64,000 bases of DNA, taken from positions 22,506,001 to 22,570,000 of the forward strand of contig CP158635.1 in NCBI GenBank assembly GCA_050273025.1. The letters run 5' to 3'. Positions 12,550 through 27,087 of this stretch are shown piece after piece. A program made the position numbers and the translations under genes. Source of the stretch: Cenococcum geophilum. Its lineage: Eukaryota. Each line of letters begins with the position of its first letter. The stretch's first letter is position 1. A model generated the notes under the pieces. That model searched no databases. It had not been told where the DNA came from and was given only the letters and a program-made list of their open reading frames with translations.

Positions 12550-15500
12550 CATACTTGCAGGGCCTCCTCCCATCTATAAATACTCCTTCTATACTGTTGG
12601 GAATAAGGCAAGTTGCCGCCACGTACGGCAAACTGCCGTCACGTAATGGCAAGTTGCCATCACGTGTCGCCGCGGTACTAGCGTGGCAAGAAGCCTTAAG
12701 TTCCTCGCCCTCCCTCATTCCAATTAAAAAGCTTTATTAACCAATATTACTATAACCCTACTCGAGTAGTTGTTATTAGTAAGTCACCCTATATAACCAA
12801 CACTAATTAGTGGTTAAATATACAGTTAACCACAGAGCAGCTAGGTTTTTAAATAGAAGAGATAGTCTCGTATAGGGGTGCCATATGCGCTCATATGGAA
12901 TGGATCCTGGCGATACTATGCTACCTTAGACTTGCGGAAAACTAGTAACAGAAGTGTTACTAAGTACTAGGAGATACCAAGTTACATCCATTACGCAGAA
13001 TAACCGCGTTTACGAAGATTTGGTCAAGTACTTTAGGTCAGAAGTATCACTAAACCTAGGGTCCTAAGTTAACGTCCGAAACGCGTCAAACGACGTCTAA
13101 AACGCGTCAAACAACATCTCGAATTGCCTACCTCTTAACAGCAAACCTATAAGATCCTATAAAACCGAAAATCTTACCTACCTTTAACGTACGACACCCT
13201 ATTAATTCTATACCTACTATAGCGTTAACCTACCTAAAGAAGTATAAGAAAGATATTAACCTAAAGACATAGAATAAAGCTATAATTAACCTTGCAAATG
13301 CTAATGAATAAGACTTAAATGGATTTTTATTATACCGTATGGCATATTATAAGGACAGTAAATATAATAATACCACGCTATAGGAATATATAAAGGAGGA
13401 CTTTATTAGATGGATAAAGGAAATATGGGCCCCCGTAAATAAGGATATTATATAGGACTTCCGTAACTTCCTTCGGGAGAATAGAGTATTTATCCCTAAG
13501 GATGGGGGTACTATTAGAGATAATATTTAGGAGTAGGTTATTAACGTAAAAGAAGAGCACAAATAGACTTTATAAGAGATTAAGCACCAACTACGCACTA
13601 TAAGGAAGCTTAACTTATAATAGAACCTAAGTAATATACCTCTAGAGACAAACCTACCTCCGCCTTTAACTCCTTTGTATCTAATTTAACCTATAACCTT
13701 AATGTTGGATACTATACCCTAATAAGAGCAGGTATAGGATCTTATTGCTTTGTAATTTAACGACCTTCGGACTCTACCAACCAGACCTACGTCCCCACTA
13801 TAGCCTATAATATAACTCCCACCTCCTCTACCTTAATCTTAAATTGGAGGTAGTTTAAAATTGCTTACAGAGCTTGCGAAGCTCTACTTAGATTAGGAGA
13901 AGAAGTTTAGTGGGGAATTATATAATGTTCTTAATTTAAAACTATATATCTTTTATAACTGTTGCTAGAAGGTAGGAATAGAGTCTAATTAATACCACAA
14001 TGCCTATTCCGTTATGCTTAAGGGCCGAGCTAGTACCTTCTATTATAATTGTTTAGCAGGAAAAGGATACAATTTTAACCGCATAATATATATATTAAGA
14101 TACCACTTTAAAATAGAAGAGAATAAGTAGCAGTATATATTAGAATAGAGAGAGACTACCTTTTTAAGGATTATTGCTATAAACCTAGGTGTCCCTCGGC
14201 TTAATTATCTTCAAAAGCTCTTTAATTAACTTTAGATGATTTAGCGTGGTTTATCCAAATTATATTAAGAGGATTTTAGCCTACGTAATTAAGTTATTAG
14301 CGCATGCTAAGGCGTTAAAGAATATAACCTTGCTTTCTTTAATTCTGTAAATACTTACGAAGGAGTGTATGCTTAATTAAGATCTTCTATTGGCACTGCT
14401 TTACGCTCTTAAGAAGTACAATAATTTAACACCCAACTTTAACCTACTTTAATTGACCCGCCCGGCCAATATAATTATAATTGGACTAATTAAATATATG
14501 GTGGCCGTAGTGGGTAATATAGTAGAGGGTATAATTAATAACTATAAGGTAAAGGTGGAGGTCCTTATAGAGGTTTATTTTAAAGTAATTACTAAAAGAA
14601 GTGCTATATTTGTAAAAAACCGAATTGCTAGTTAACTAGGCATTCTCTTAATAAGCAAAAGGAGGTATATAATAAGTTTCGCTAAAGTATAAGAAATGTT
14701 AGAAATTATAAGGCTACTACGGCTTACTTTTAAAGCTTCCTAGTTTAATACGAAGGCGTAAAAGATCTTAAGGGTAAGGTTAATAAGGCCAAACAGCTCC
14801 TTATAGATATAGAAATTAAGGACTACTCTCCTAACTAATACTTCACTAAGTATGGTAAGGTAAATGGCATACAAACCGTTACTATTCTTAATAACCAATC
14901 TACGCTCCATTCTATTACGAAGTTAGATATCTTTAATAAGCTAAGGGAGAGTTCCGCGTTCTCCTTTAATAACAAATACTTAGCGAACGTCTTTTATAGT
15001 ATTATACCAGATACTAGAGCCGCAGGAGTATCTATAGTAGGAGAACCTTAAGTTTAAGCCCTTTAGCAGCTTAATAGCTCTGTCCAGATTAACCATTTAA
15101 CGGCAGGTCAATACACAATTCGTTTTAGCAAGGGTACTATAATCTCTCTTAGCACAATTAGGGTCTAAACCCCCCTAGGGTACATCACTTTCCATATTAT
15201 CCCTATAAATACCCTATTTCTATTTTACATTAGAGATATAGATAAATTAGGCGTTAAGCTTAATAACCTTAAGAATATACTTATTTAGGGAGATAATTAG
15301 GTGCCCGTTATACGTAAGTAGGGTTACCCCTAGTTACTCCTTTATTAACTAGAAAAGAGTGTTACTTAGAGCCACCTAACTAAGTTAGAGTTACGTTAAC
15401 TACACCATTATTTTAGTCACCTATCCGTTTATTAATTACTTAGGGTTCTTTAGCGAGCAGGCTATAAAGTCAAGATTAAGGCAATTAAGCACCTTATAAA

Positions 15501-18500
15501 GTACTACTATAACTGCTAAATAAACTAGAAGTCCCCTGGCCAATTTAAGTTTACCCTTAAAAATAACTACAACTTTAACTTCTATATTATCGTCAACGTT
15601 ATATATCTTAGCGGCAAGCTAGTACTCTAAATTGTTAACTTCTTAACCTCCTTCTAAGCCGCACGTTTCTTAAAGGATATATCAGCTAGGAACGCATAGG
15701 ATACCCTTTAACTATGCTAAATTAATGTCTACCTAGGACCCCCTAATTAAATCGTCTATAATATAAGAAAGAACTTCTTATCTACGGAGTTTTAATAATA
15801 AATAAAGGCAATAGTAATTGAGGTTAAGGAAGTCCCTATTAAGGCACATAATAGTATTAGAAAAGTAGAATAATATCACGCGTTATTACGCCGTATATAT
15901 ATAAGATTATCTCTTTGGAACTAGAGAATGCCAGCAAAAAACTTACCTTATAAATAGCTGTTAAAGCCGTTAACAATTCCGCTGGCCTAGATAGACTCGT
16001 ACCTATATTGCTAGTCTTTAGCGCCTACCCTCAAATAACTAATAATTCTCCACTATCTCCCTCCGTTATGTAATAAGCTAAGGCTATTTACAAGGCAATG
16101 AAGGAGGTATAACGTCTCTACGCTACACGCCAGGTCAACAACGCACTAGAAATGAGAAATGGCCTAAATATCTTAACTACGCTTAACCTGCCACTCTAGT
16201 CTAAGGTACGCGTATAGCGTAAAAAGGGAGAATAGTTAGGCCCACATTAACTTATTATAATTAATGGTTAGACTTATACTATTCAGATACCTTACAGACC
16301 CACTTAATTCCATTTAACCGTTATTAAGCCTTACTATAAAGATAATAGTTTTAAGCCTTTATAGGATGCCATAGAAAATGCCCTAGAGGAGAGCCATAAT
16401 TAACATGCTCTAGAAGGCGACAATAATTCTAATATAATTATAGTAGATACGCCGCAACTATAACGCGGTAGAGGTCGCCTAAAGGGATTATAAAACCGCT
16501 AACATCTTATTAATTTTAAAGAGCAATTTATTGCCGCTATTAAGAACAGAATTAAGCTATTAATAGCCTTTATAACAACTAAGGAGAAGGCTAACTTTAA
16601 GCTCGCAAAACAGCTCTAAAAGAAAGGTCGTATTATAACTCTAGGAGCTCCTTTCTAAGCATCTAATAAGCAGGAGATCGATAGTCTTATTATAAAAGGA
16701 GTTTTTAAATTCGAGAAGTATGACCATACCAAGTTTAATAGAGTTTGCATCTTTAAGTTAAGAATAGTTAACGAGATTAAGGGTAAAGCTACTAACGCCC
16801 TATTTAAGAAATTAAGGCTTGTCATCTAAGGCTACAACAATAATAGCAAGAAGGTAATTCTTATGCAATCTCCTATAATTTAACAAGCTAGTTAGCGAGT
16901 TATTATTGCGCTAGCTCCCTCCTTAATAAAGAATAGAATAGCGGTTTATTTATAAGATATTACTTAGGCCTACACCCAATTAGAGACGCACCTTTAGCGC
17001 TTAATATTAGCATACCTTCTAGAGTAAATTTGCTACCAATATCCTAAGAATACAATTATAGTTGTGCTTAAGCTATTATATAGAATTGCAGAGGTAGGAA
17101 CCTATTAGTGGGCTACTTACAGCAAGCACTATAAAGAGAAACTTTTAATAACTACTTCTACATTCAATTTATGCTTCCTTATTATAACTACGGGAACCCT
17201 ATTCGGAATCATCGGCATATAAACTAATAATATAATTATCTTAGGAGACGACCGATTCTCAGCCCTTAAAGAAGATAAGCTAGTAAGGGCAAATCTTATA
17301 GCAAAGCTAAAGGAAAAGCTTAATTTAATAACACTATTACTTTTTAATAGATGCATCCTCTCCCTAAATAAGGATATTATTACTTTACACCAGAAGGGTT
17401 AAGGTAAAAAGATTAACGTTATTAACGTTAATTCCCTAAAGTAAGAATACGTAGAGCAACGCGCTTACGGAGCTTATATTACTTCTATCTATTAACCTAA
17501 GGCTTTATTTAATCTCTCTATTGCCGCCTAATACCAAAAACCAACTAAGGATGACGTTCTTACCCTAAATAAACGTCTTTCCTAGTAAATAAACTATCTC
17601 GATTGGGGACTACTCTATATACCTATTAGTCTTCCTACCGCTAAGCTCTTTATATTTATTAATGGATTGTTTATAAATAATAAAAATTTTAGCTCCTAGT
17701 TAGGATATAAGATTATTATCGCAAACGAATTTATTGGAGAAAATAACTTTATAATCCACAGCAACCTTATTTATTGGAGCTTAACTAAGAGCAAGCGCGT
17801 TACTTAAAGCATTCTAGCGTTAGAGATATATAGAATAGTTGGCGGAGTTAACATAGCAATTATAATTAGAACTACCCTAAAGATAATTATAGATTAACTT
17901 AAACTTCCTGTTATCCCTATAATCGTATATACCAACTTATACTCCCTCTATAAGTGTTTAGTCAAGCTTAGTACCATAAAGGAGAAGCGCCTTATAATTA
18001 ATATTATGGCACTTCGTTAATCCTACAAATGTTAAAAACTCTTTAAAATTTAATAGATTAATGGCTAAGATAACCCAGTAAATGTAATAATAAAGGCGAA
18101 CCCAAACAAGGCACTAGAGACGTTTATTAACACAAATACTCTATATATATAAGTTAAAGGTTAAGTAAAAAGGGAGTCCCTAGAAATGTCTTAGTTATAT
18201 AAGGCCTTAAGATATCTAGGAACTTTAACCGGCGGTTAAAGTTGTCTAATTGGTTAGATTCTGTAGACCCTAACTTAAACCAGCCAATTAGGATTTTCCA
18301 TCCCTGGGATAGAAAATAGCTATTAGCTTGCTTATAGCTAGCGCCTTAGCGGCCCTAACGGCCCTAACACAATATCTACCTATAACTCCTTAGCAAGAAA
18401 GCACCGCGTACTAAAAGGCAAATTTTAGGACAGTGAGACTTATACTGCAATAGTAATAGTAAGCGAGGAGGGTTCATATTTATTACGATAGTTAAGCAGT

Positions 18501-19385
18501 ATTTGTATATAGATGGCAACTATAAAAGAAGAGTTACCAGTGTCGGGAATAAGGCAAGTTGCCGCCACGTACGGCAAACTGCCGTCACGTAATGGCAAGT
18601 TACCATCACGTATCGCCGTGGTACTAGCGTGGCGAGGAGCCTTAAGTTCCTCGCCCTCCCTCATTCCAATTAAAAAGCTTTATTAACCAACATCACTATA
18701 ACCCTACTCGAGTAGTCGTTATTGGTGAGTCACCCTATATGACCAATATATACCTTCCTCTCTTCCTTTCTTCTTTCTTATAAGAGCTGGCGGTGCTCTA
18801 ATACTCCTCTTTAGTCCCTATTAAGGGATCTATTAGTTAATATAGCGATATAGATAGCATTAGATAAGGAGATAGGCAAGAAAGTAATCTCCTATACTTG
18901 CAGGCCTCCTCCTATCTATAAATACTCCCTCCTTTACACCTTCCTCTCTTCTTTTCTTCTTCCTTATAAGAGCTAAAGGTGCTCTAATACTCCTCCTTAG
19001 TCCCTATTAAGGGATCTATTAGTTAATATGGCGATATAAATAGTATTAGACAAGGAGATAGGTAAGAGAGAAGACAGGAAGGACGGAGGAGCCTCCGGTA
19101 TGTATTAGTTAAATAACATTAATAGCTATATTATAGCTGTCTAATCTCCTATACTCGTAGGCCTCCTCCCATCTATAAATACTCCCTCCTTTACACCTTC
19201 CTCTTTTTTTTTCTTCTTCCTTATAAGAGCTGGAGGTACTCCAATACTCCTCCTTAGTCCCCACTAAGGGACCTATTAGTTGACGTGGCGATATAAATAG
19301 TATTAGACGAAGAGACGGGCAAGAGAGAAGATAGGAAGGACGGAGGAACCTCTAGTAGGTGTCAGTCGAGCAACATTAACGGCTA
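12550..19385 (+). repeat. Three tandem ~190-255-bp repeats (units start ~12550, ~18891, ~19148); unit 1 is split by Copia 1
   Basis: atacttgcaggcctcctcccatctataaatactcc...taagagctgg...ttagtccctattaagggatctattag recurs three times. Confidence 0.8.
12595..18748 (+). mobile_element. Ty1/Copia LTR retrotransposon 1, GalEa-type (RIPed)
   Basis: 208-bp LTRs at 12595-12802 and 18541-18748; TSD tatac; ACTAATTAGT palindrome in place of a primer-binding site (PBS); knuckle CYICKKPNCWSTRH (C-x2-C-x4-C-x4-H); PR motif DTGA; IN motif HRRFGH; RT motifs KSRLVI and QTDD; PR-IN-RT-RH order. Confidence 0.95.
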
Positions 19386-20618
19386 GTTTTCGTCACCCAA
19401 AAATTGCGTCACGTGACGACATTTGGGAACATAAATATATACCCCGTCCTATACTTACACCACTACTAAATATTCTAGATTTTATACTCGGAGCTGCTTA
19501 AAATAGGCATTCCTAAGAGATCTACCGGTTTAAAGCTCTACAATTAAACGTTGTTAACGTTTTATATAGGGGTTATTAATTAAGCTCCTAGGACACAATT
19601 TTTAAAGTTTAACACTATACCAATATCACGACCTTCTTACAGTGGCCGAGCCACCCCTAATCTCTTCCCTTCTCTCCCCTCTTTCCTATTACTCGGCGCC
19701 GAGCTATTATATTGTCGCCGAGCCATTGCGTTATCATACGTCTAAACTAGGTGGGCAATAACGTAGTTAATAATTATTAGATATTAAAAATATTTAATAT
19801 ATAAAGCTTTAAATTAGAATTACAATCTACTATATTATATCTTACGTAGAAGGCTCTATATTAAAGCTCTGCAGTCTAAATATATGCTATATTCGTAACT
19901 AATATAATCTTTAAGCCCAGCTTAAGTACGGCGCCTTAGTCATTATAGTAGATCCTTACCTAGTGGTAACTAAGGCGCCTTACTCTTATTACTACTTCTA
20001 AATTAAGCAAAAGCTCTATATAGGGGGGTCCTAGGGGGTCTCCCCCTAGAAAACCTTATCTTTTTATATATTAATTAAAGTCTATATAATAAAGCTCTAA
20101 ATTAAAGCTTTAAGTTAATTAATTAGCTTATTACTTATAAACTTGGGTTAAAATTTGCGTTGGGGACTAACGTTCTATATATTTAAAAAGCTAGCAAAGG
20201 CTTATAATTTAGGGTATATTCGGTTGCAAATTGGCTCTATATTATATTTATTCAATCCATGCGCCTTTTAGTATTACCTATTTTATAATTAGTAGCGGCT
20301 ACTATACTAGCTTATTTAAATCTATAAATAAGTTAATTATTCGGTAAGCCTCTATATAAGGCTTTAGATTTAGTGTTGCATAATCCGTAATTAATATTAG
20401 TAAGCAATTTAAGTAAGCCCTCTCTGCTACTAGGCCTCTATCGCGACTCCCTACTTTAGTATAATAATAGAGCCTAAATACCTTAGGCCCTATACGAGTT
20501 AGATTTACAAGTCGTTGCTTATAGCTATAGAGTAACTACAACGTCCACTTTATAAGGTTAAAATAATAACATTAGATAAGGCTTGCAAATGCGATAGTAG
20601 TATCGCGATTAGGGTGTA

Positions 20619-23600
20619 CGTTAGGAAAAAATTTAGCAGCATTTAGCCAGCATTTTTAGCATTTCGCAGCATTTCGCAGCATTTAAAACAGACTATACGC
20701 ATTAAGCAGCATCTAGGCAGCTATATATATATATATTATATATAAAATTTATTTTTAAATAGACAATTGGATATAGTATATTATATAATAATTTTTTTAT
20801 AAATTACTTATTGTTGGGAATAGGGCAAATTGCCACCATGTGCGGTAAATTGCCGTCACGTGAGGCAAGTTGCCGTCACGTGTTGCCGCGGCACTAGCGT
20901 GGTAAGGAACCTTGGGTTCCTTATCCTTCCCCTTTCTTAGAAGAATATACAAGAACAATTATCATACTATCTACGAACCGTAGCTACGTAATATCCCCTT
21001 ATAAGTCCAACACTAATTAGTAGTTAACTTCATAGTTATACTATAGAACAGCTAGGTATTCACCAAGAAGAGACAAGCCACTATACTAGTGCTACTTGTG
21101 CTAAGGGAAGCTGTCTTTTAAGGTTAGAACTGGTCCTAAACCTTAAATAGAACTCTTCCACGAATCTAAGGATCTAAAGGCCAGAACTGGTCCTAAGCCT
21201 TCCCCAGATTATAGATTCTTGCGTCTATTACGCAAAATAACACGCATTACGAGTCTTCGCGATTTAAGGCTAGAACTGGTCCTAAGCCCTATAATCGCAA
21301 ATATATGTCACAAACGCGTACCAAACGACAATCCCTATACTACTAATATTCCCTTCCTCTAAAGATATAACTATGGCCACCCTAAACGACTAGAGAGACT
21401 CCTTACTACTAGGGGTAGCTATATACGCGAAACTCATTAATAAAGATTAGGACGCATTTACCTTTAATATAACAACCTATACCGCAAAATAAGTTAATAG
21501 CTTTCTCCTATACTATATTCTATTCTACTAAGATAGCTACTACGCCAATTTACAGTTATAGGAATACTTTAGGGAGGATTTTATAGGATGGACCGCTGAT
21601 ACCTAGGCACTTAGCAATATTAATATTATTTAGGATTTTTAAGACTTCCTCTAAAGGAATAGGGTGTACGTTGCTAAGGACGGTAACCTAATTACTAGTA
21701 ATATTTACGCCGTTCTTACTAGTATAGAAGAACTAGTATAGATAGAAGCTAAGATTATATATTAACTACGGAAACCTAAAACCAACCTATATTTTTTGGA
21801 AGGTAACTTTAATTTAAAACGAAACCCCTAAAACGCTACTCTTCTACCTAAAGGTGCTCTCCTACCTAGAGGTGCTCTTCCTCTACCTCTACTACCTCTA
21901 ACTCCTCTATCCTAGCCAACTAATAAGCCCCTATCTTAAGAAGTTACGAATCTAATAAAGGTATATTTAGACGAAGAGAAAAAGTTTAGAGGAGAATTAT
22001 ACAATATACTCGGAGCAAAACTATAGGTCTTTTATAACTGCTGCAATAAGGTTAGAATTTAACGCCACTAGTTCCATTATGCTTTCTCTATTATATTAAA
22101 GGGACGGGCGGCAACGTTTTATTACGACCATATTATAGGTAAAAACTATAGCTTTAATGTAATGCTTTAGCTTATTAGAGCCTACTTTAAAACTAATAAG
22201 AACCGCTAACTCTATATATCCGAATGGCGGGAGACTATATTCTAAAGAGTTATCGCTTTTAACCCAATAACGACTCGCCTAAAGTGTCTTTAACTACTCT
22301 TTAATAAACTCTAGAAAATCTAATATAGTTTTACCGAAACCTACTAAAATAAGAACAGTCTAAGGGACTAGGTTATCTTAGCATGCCATAGCGTTTCTAA
22401 GTGCAACTTGGCGCTATATAAACCTATAAATATATTTAAAGGAGTATATACTAAACTACGCTCTGCTATAGGCACTGCAATACGAATATAAGAACCCTAA
22501 CAATTCTATATCGAAAACCCTATTTAAACCGGGATTCCAGACTAATATAATTATAACTAAACTAATTAAACATATAGTGGCCGGAGTAGGGGATACGGCA
22601 GAGGGTATAATTAACGTTAACCATAAAGTAATCGTGGAGGTCCTTATAGAGGTTCATTTCGGAACAACCGTTAGAAGAAGTGCTATATTTATAAGAAGCC
22701 AAATTACTAGTTAAATAGACACTCTCTTAATAAGCGAAAGGAGGCATATAATAAGTTCCGATAGAATATAAGAAACGTTAGAAATTATAAGGTTACTACG
22801 GCCTACTTCTAAAGCTTTCTGGTCCAATATAAAGGCATAAAAGACCTTAAGGATAAGGTTAATAAGGCCGAATAGCTCCTTATAGATATAGATATTAAGG
22901 ACTACTCTCCCGACCAATACTTTACTAAGTATAGTAAGGTAAATGGCATATAAACCGTCGCTATCCTTAATAACCAATCTACACTCCATTCTATTACAAA
23001 GTTAGATATCTTTAACGAGCTAAAGGAGAGCTCCGCGTTTTCCTTTAACGACAGATACTTAGCGAACGTTTTTTATAGTATTATACCAGATACTAGAGCC
23101 GCAGGAGTATCTATAGTAGGAGAACCTTAAGTTTAAGCCCTTTAGCAGCTTAATAGCTCTATTTAGATTAACCATTTAACGGCAGGCCAGCATACGATTT
23201 GTTTTGGCAAAGGTACTGCGATTTCTCTCAGCACAATTAGAGTTTAAACCCCCTTAGGGTATATTAGTTTTTACGTTGTTCCTATAAACACTCCGTTTCT
23301 ATTTTACATTAAAGATATAGATAAGTTAGGCGTTAGGCTTAACAACCTTAAGAATATACTTATTTAGGGAGACAATCGGGTACCCGTTATGCGTAAGTGG
23401 GGTTACCCCTAGTTACTCCTTTATTAACTAGAAAAGAGTGTTACTTAGAGCCACTTAACTAAGTTGGAATTACGCCAACTACACCGTCGTTTTGGCCACC
23501 TATCTATTTATTAATTGCTTAGGGTTCTTTAGCGAGCAGGCCATAAAGTCAAGGTTAAGGCAATTGAGCATCTTATAAAGTATTACTATTACTACTAAAT

Positions 23601-26600
23601 AAACCAGAAGTCCCCTGGCCGATTTAAGTTCACCCTTAAGGATAACTACAACTTTAACTTCTATATTATTATTAACGTTATATATCTCAGCGGCAAGCCA
23701 GTGCTCTAAATTATTGACTTCTTAACCTCCTTTTAAGCCGCGCGTTTCTTAAAAGATATATTAGCCAGAAATGTATAGGAGACCCTTCAGTTATGCTAGA
23801 TTAATGTCTATTTAGGACCCCCTAATTAAATCGTCCATAATGCAGGAAAGAACTTCTTATCTATAGAGTTTTAATAATAGATAAAGGTAATGGCAATTAA
23901 GGTTAAGGAAGTCCCTATTAAGGCATATAATAGTATTAGAAAAGTGGAATAATATTACGCGCCATTACGCCGCGTATATAAGATTATCTCTTCGGAACTA
24001 AAGGACGCTAGCGAAGAACTTACCTTATAAATAGCTATTAAAGCTATTAACGATTCCGCTAGCCTAGATGGACTTGTACCTACGTTACTAGTCTTTAGCG
24101 CCTACCCTTAAATAACTAACGATTCTCCACTATCTCCCTCCGTTGTATAATAAGCTAAGGCTATTTACAAGGCAATAAAGGAGGTGTGATGTCTCTACGC
24201 TATACGCCAGGTCAACGACGTACTAGGAATAAGAAATAGCCCAAACACCTTAACTACACTTAATCTGCCACTCTAATCTAAAGTACAGGTATAGCGTAAA
24301 AAGGGAGGATGGTTAGGCCCACATAAACTTATTATAATTAATAGTTAAACTTATACTCTTTAGATGCCTTATAGACCTACTTAATTCCGTTTAACCATTA
24401 TTAGGCCCTACTATAAAGATAACAGTTCCGAGCCTTTGTAGGATACCCCAGAAGATGCCCTAAAAGATGCCCTAGAGGAGAACCACGATTAACGTGCCCT
24501 AGAAGGCGACTGTAATCCTGATATAATTATAGTAGACGTGCCGCAACTACGACGCGGTAGAGGTCGCCTAAAGGGATTACGAAATCGCCAATATCTTATT
24601 AATTTTGAAGAGCAATTTATTACTGCTATAGAGAGTAGAGTCGAGTTATTAATGGCCTTTATAACAGCTAAAGAGAAGGCTAACTTTAAGCTCGCAAAAC
24701 AGCTCCGAAAGGAAGGTCGTATTATAACCCTAGGAGCTCCTTTCTAAGCATCCGACAAGTAGGAGATTGACGGTCTTATTATAAGAGGAGTCTTTAAATT
24801 TAAGAAATATGACCCTACTAAGTTCAATAGAGTTTGCATCTTTAAGTTAAGAATAGTTAATAAGATTAAGGGTAAAGCTACTAACGCCCTATTTAAGAAA
24901 TTAAGGCTTATTATCTAAGGTTACAACAATAATAGTAAAGAGATAATTCTTATACAATCTCCTATAATTTAACGAGCTAGTCAGCGAGTTATTGTTATAT
25001 TAGCTCCCTCCTTAATAAAGAATAGAATGGCAGTTTATTTGCGAGATATTACTTAAGCCTACACCTAATTAGAGACGCACCTTTAGCGCTTAATATTAGC
25101 ATACCTTCCGGAGAAAATTCGCCACCAGTATCCTAAAGACACAATTATAGTTGTGCTTAAGCCATTATACGGAATCGCAGAGGTAGGAACTTATTAGTGG
25201 GCTACTTACAGTAAGCACCATAAAGAGAAGCTTTTAATAACTACTTCTATATTTAATCCCTACTTCCTTATTATAACTACAGGAACTCTATTCGGAATTG
25301 TCGGTATACAAACTAACGATATAATTATCTTAGAAGACGACTAATTCTTAGCTCTTAAAGAAGATAAGCTAGTAAAGGCAAATCTTATAGTAAAGCTAAA
25401 GGAAAGACTTAATTTAACAACACCATTGCTCTTTAATGGATATATCCTTTCCATAAATAAGGATTCCATTGCTTTACGCCAGAAGGGTTAAGGCAAGAAG
25501 ATTGACGTTATTAACGTTAATTCTCCAAAATAAGGATATATGGAACAACGCGCTTATAGGGCTTATGTTGCTTCTATCTATTAACCTAAGGCTTCCTTTA
25601 ATCTCTCTGTTGCCGCCCAATACTAGGAACCAACTAAGGATAACGTTCTTGCTCTAAATAAGCGCCTTTCCTAGTAAATAAATCATCTTAACCGAGGGCT
25701 ACTCTATATACCTATTAATCTCCCCACCGCTAAGATCTTTATGTTTATTAATAGATCGTTCGCTAATAACAAAGATTTTAGCTCCTAGTTAGGATATAAG
25801 ATTATTATCGCAAACAAATCTACTAGAGAGAATAACTTTATAATCTACGGCAACCTTATCTATTAGAGCTTAACTAAGAGTAAACGCGTTACTTAAAGCG
25901 TTCTAGCGTTAAAGATATATAGAATAGTTAGCGGAGTTAATATAGCAATTGCAATTAGAACTACCCTTAAGATAATTACGGATTAACTTGAAATTCCCGC
26001 TATTCCTATAATTATATGCACCAACTTATACTCCCTCTATAAGTATTTAGTTAAGCTTAGCACCACAAAGGAGAAGCGTCTTATAATCGATATTATAGCA
26101 CTTTAGCAATCCTATAAGCGTTAAGAACTCTTTAAGATTTAATAGATTAATAGCTAAGATAACCCGGCAGATGCGATAATGAAGGTAAACCCAAATAAGG
26201 CACTAGAGACATTTATTAATATAAATACTCTACATATATAAGTTAAAGGTTAGGTTAAAAGGGAAATTTAAAGAAGTTAAAATCTTATAGAACTTTAACC
26301 GCCGGTTAAAGTTATTTAATTAGTTAGATTCTTGCCAAGAGCGCCACACCTAATTAATTTGGGTGGCGGTGTGGAGTTCTGCCGACGCCATTCGTTGATC
26401 TAGCCAATTAGGATTTTCCATACCCGGCATAAAAAATCGCCATTGGCTCGCTTACTACTAGCGCCTCAGCAGCCCACTCGTCTTCGCGTTAACCCCCTAA
26501 CACCCTTCCTCTTTTCCTTCTTCCCCTTAGCTTTATACTTTTGTATAGTAGCAATCTATAGGTGTTTGTAGATAGTAACTATAAAAAGAAGAGTTGCCAG

Positions 26601-27085
26601 TGTTGGGAATAGGGCAAATTGCCGCCATATGCGGTAAATTGCCATCACGTAAGGCAAGTTGCCGTCACGTGTTGCCGCGGCACTAGCGTGGTAAGGAACC
26701 TTGGGTTCCTTACCCTTCCCCTTTCTTAGAAGAATATATAAGAACAATCATCATACTATCTACGAACCGTAGCTACGTGATATCCCCTTATAAGTCCAAC
26801 ACTTATAAATTACATAAGTTATTCTACTTCTAAAAAAAAAGTTCAAATTTTTTTAAATTCTTTTTTAAGAAGTAGAATAACTTATATAATTTATAAGTAA
26901 TTTATTAAAAAATTATTATATAATATACTATATCCAATTATCTATCTAAAAATAAATTTTTTATATAATATATATATATATAGCTGCCTAGATGCTGCTT
27001 AATGCGTATGGTCTGTTTTAAATGCTGCGAAATGCTGCGAAATGCTAAAAATGCTGGCTAAATGCTGCTAAATTTTTTCCTGACG
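20619..27085. mobile_element. ~470-bp foldback (palindromic) miniature inverted-repeat element (MITE), split by Copia 2
   Basis: TA|cgttaggaaaaaatttagcagcattt ... aaatgctgctaaattttttcctgacg|TA. After removing 20812-26806 the two arms are near-perfect inverted copies around ~26845. Confidence 0.9.
20812..26801 (+). mobile_element. Ty1/Copia LTR retrotransposon 2, GalEa-type (RIPed)
   Basis: 201-bp LTRs at 20812-21012 and 26601-26801; TSD cttat; ACTAATTAGT after the 5' LTR; same pol motifs as Copia 1 (HRRFGH intact at ~23481-23498). Confidence 0.95.
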
Positions 27086-27087
27086 TA

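Noticed and set aside
19390..20616. Possible additional element or gene relic
   Set aside because: The frames I translated gave no recognisable motif, and I could not define termini.
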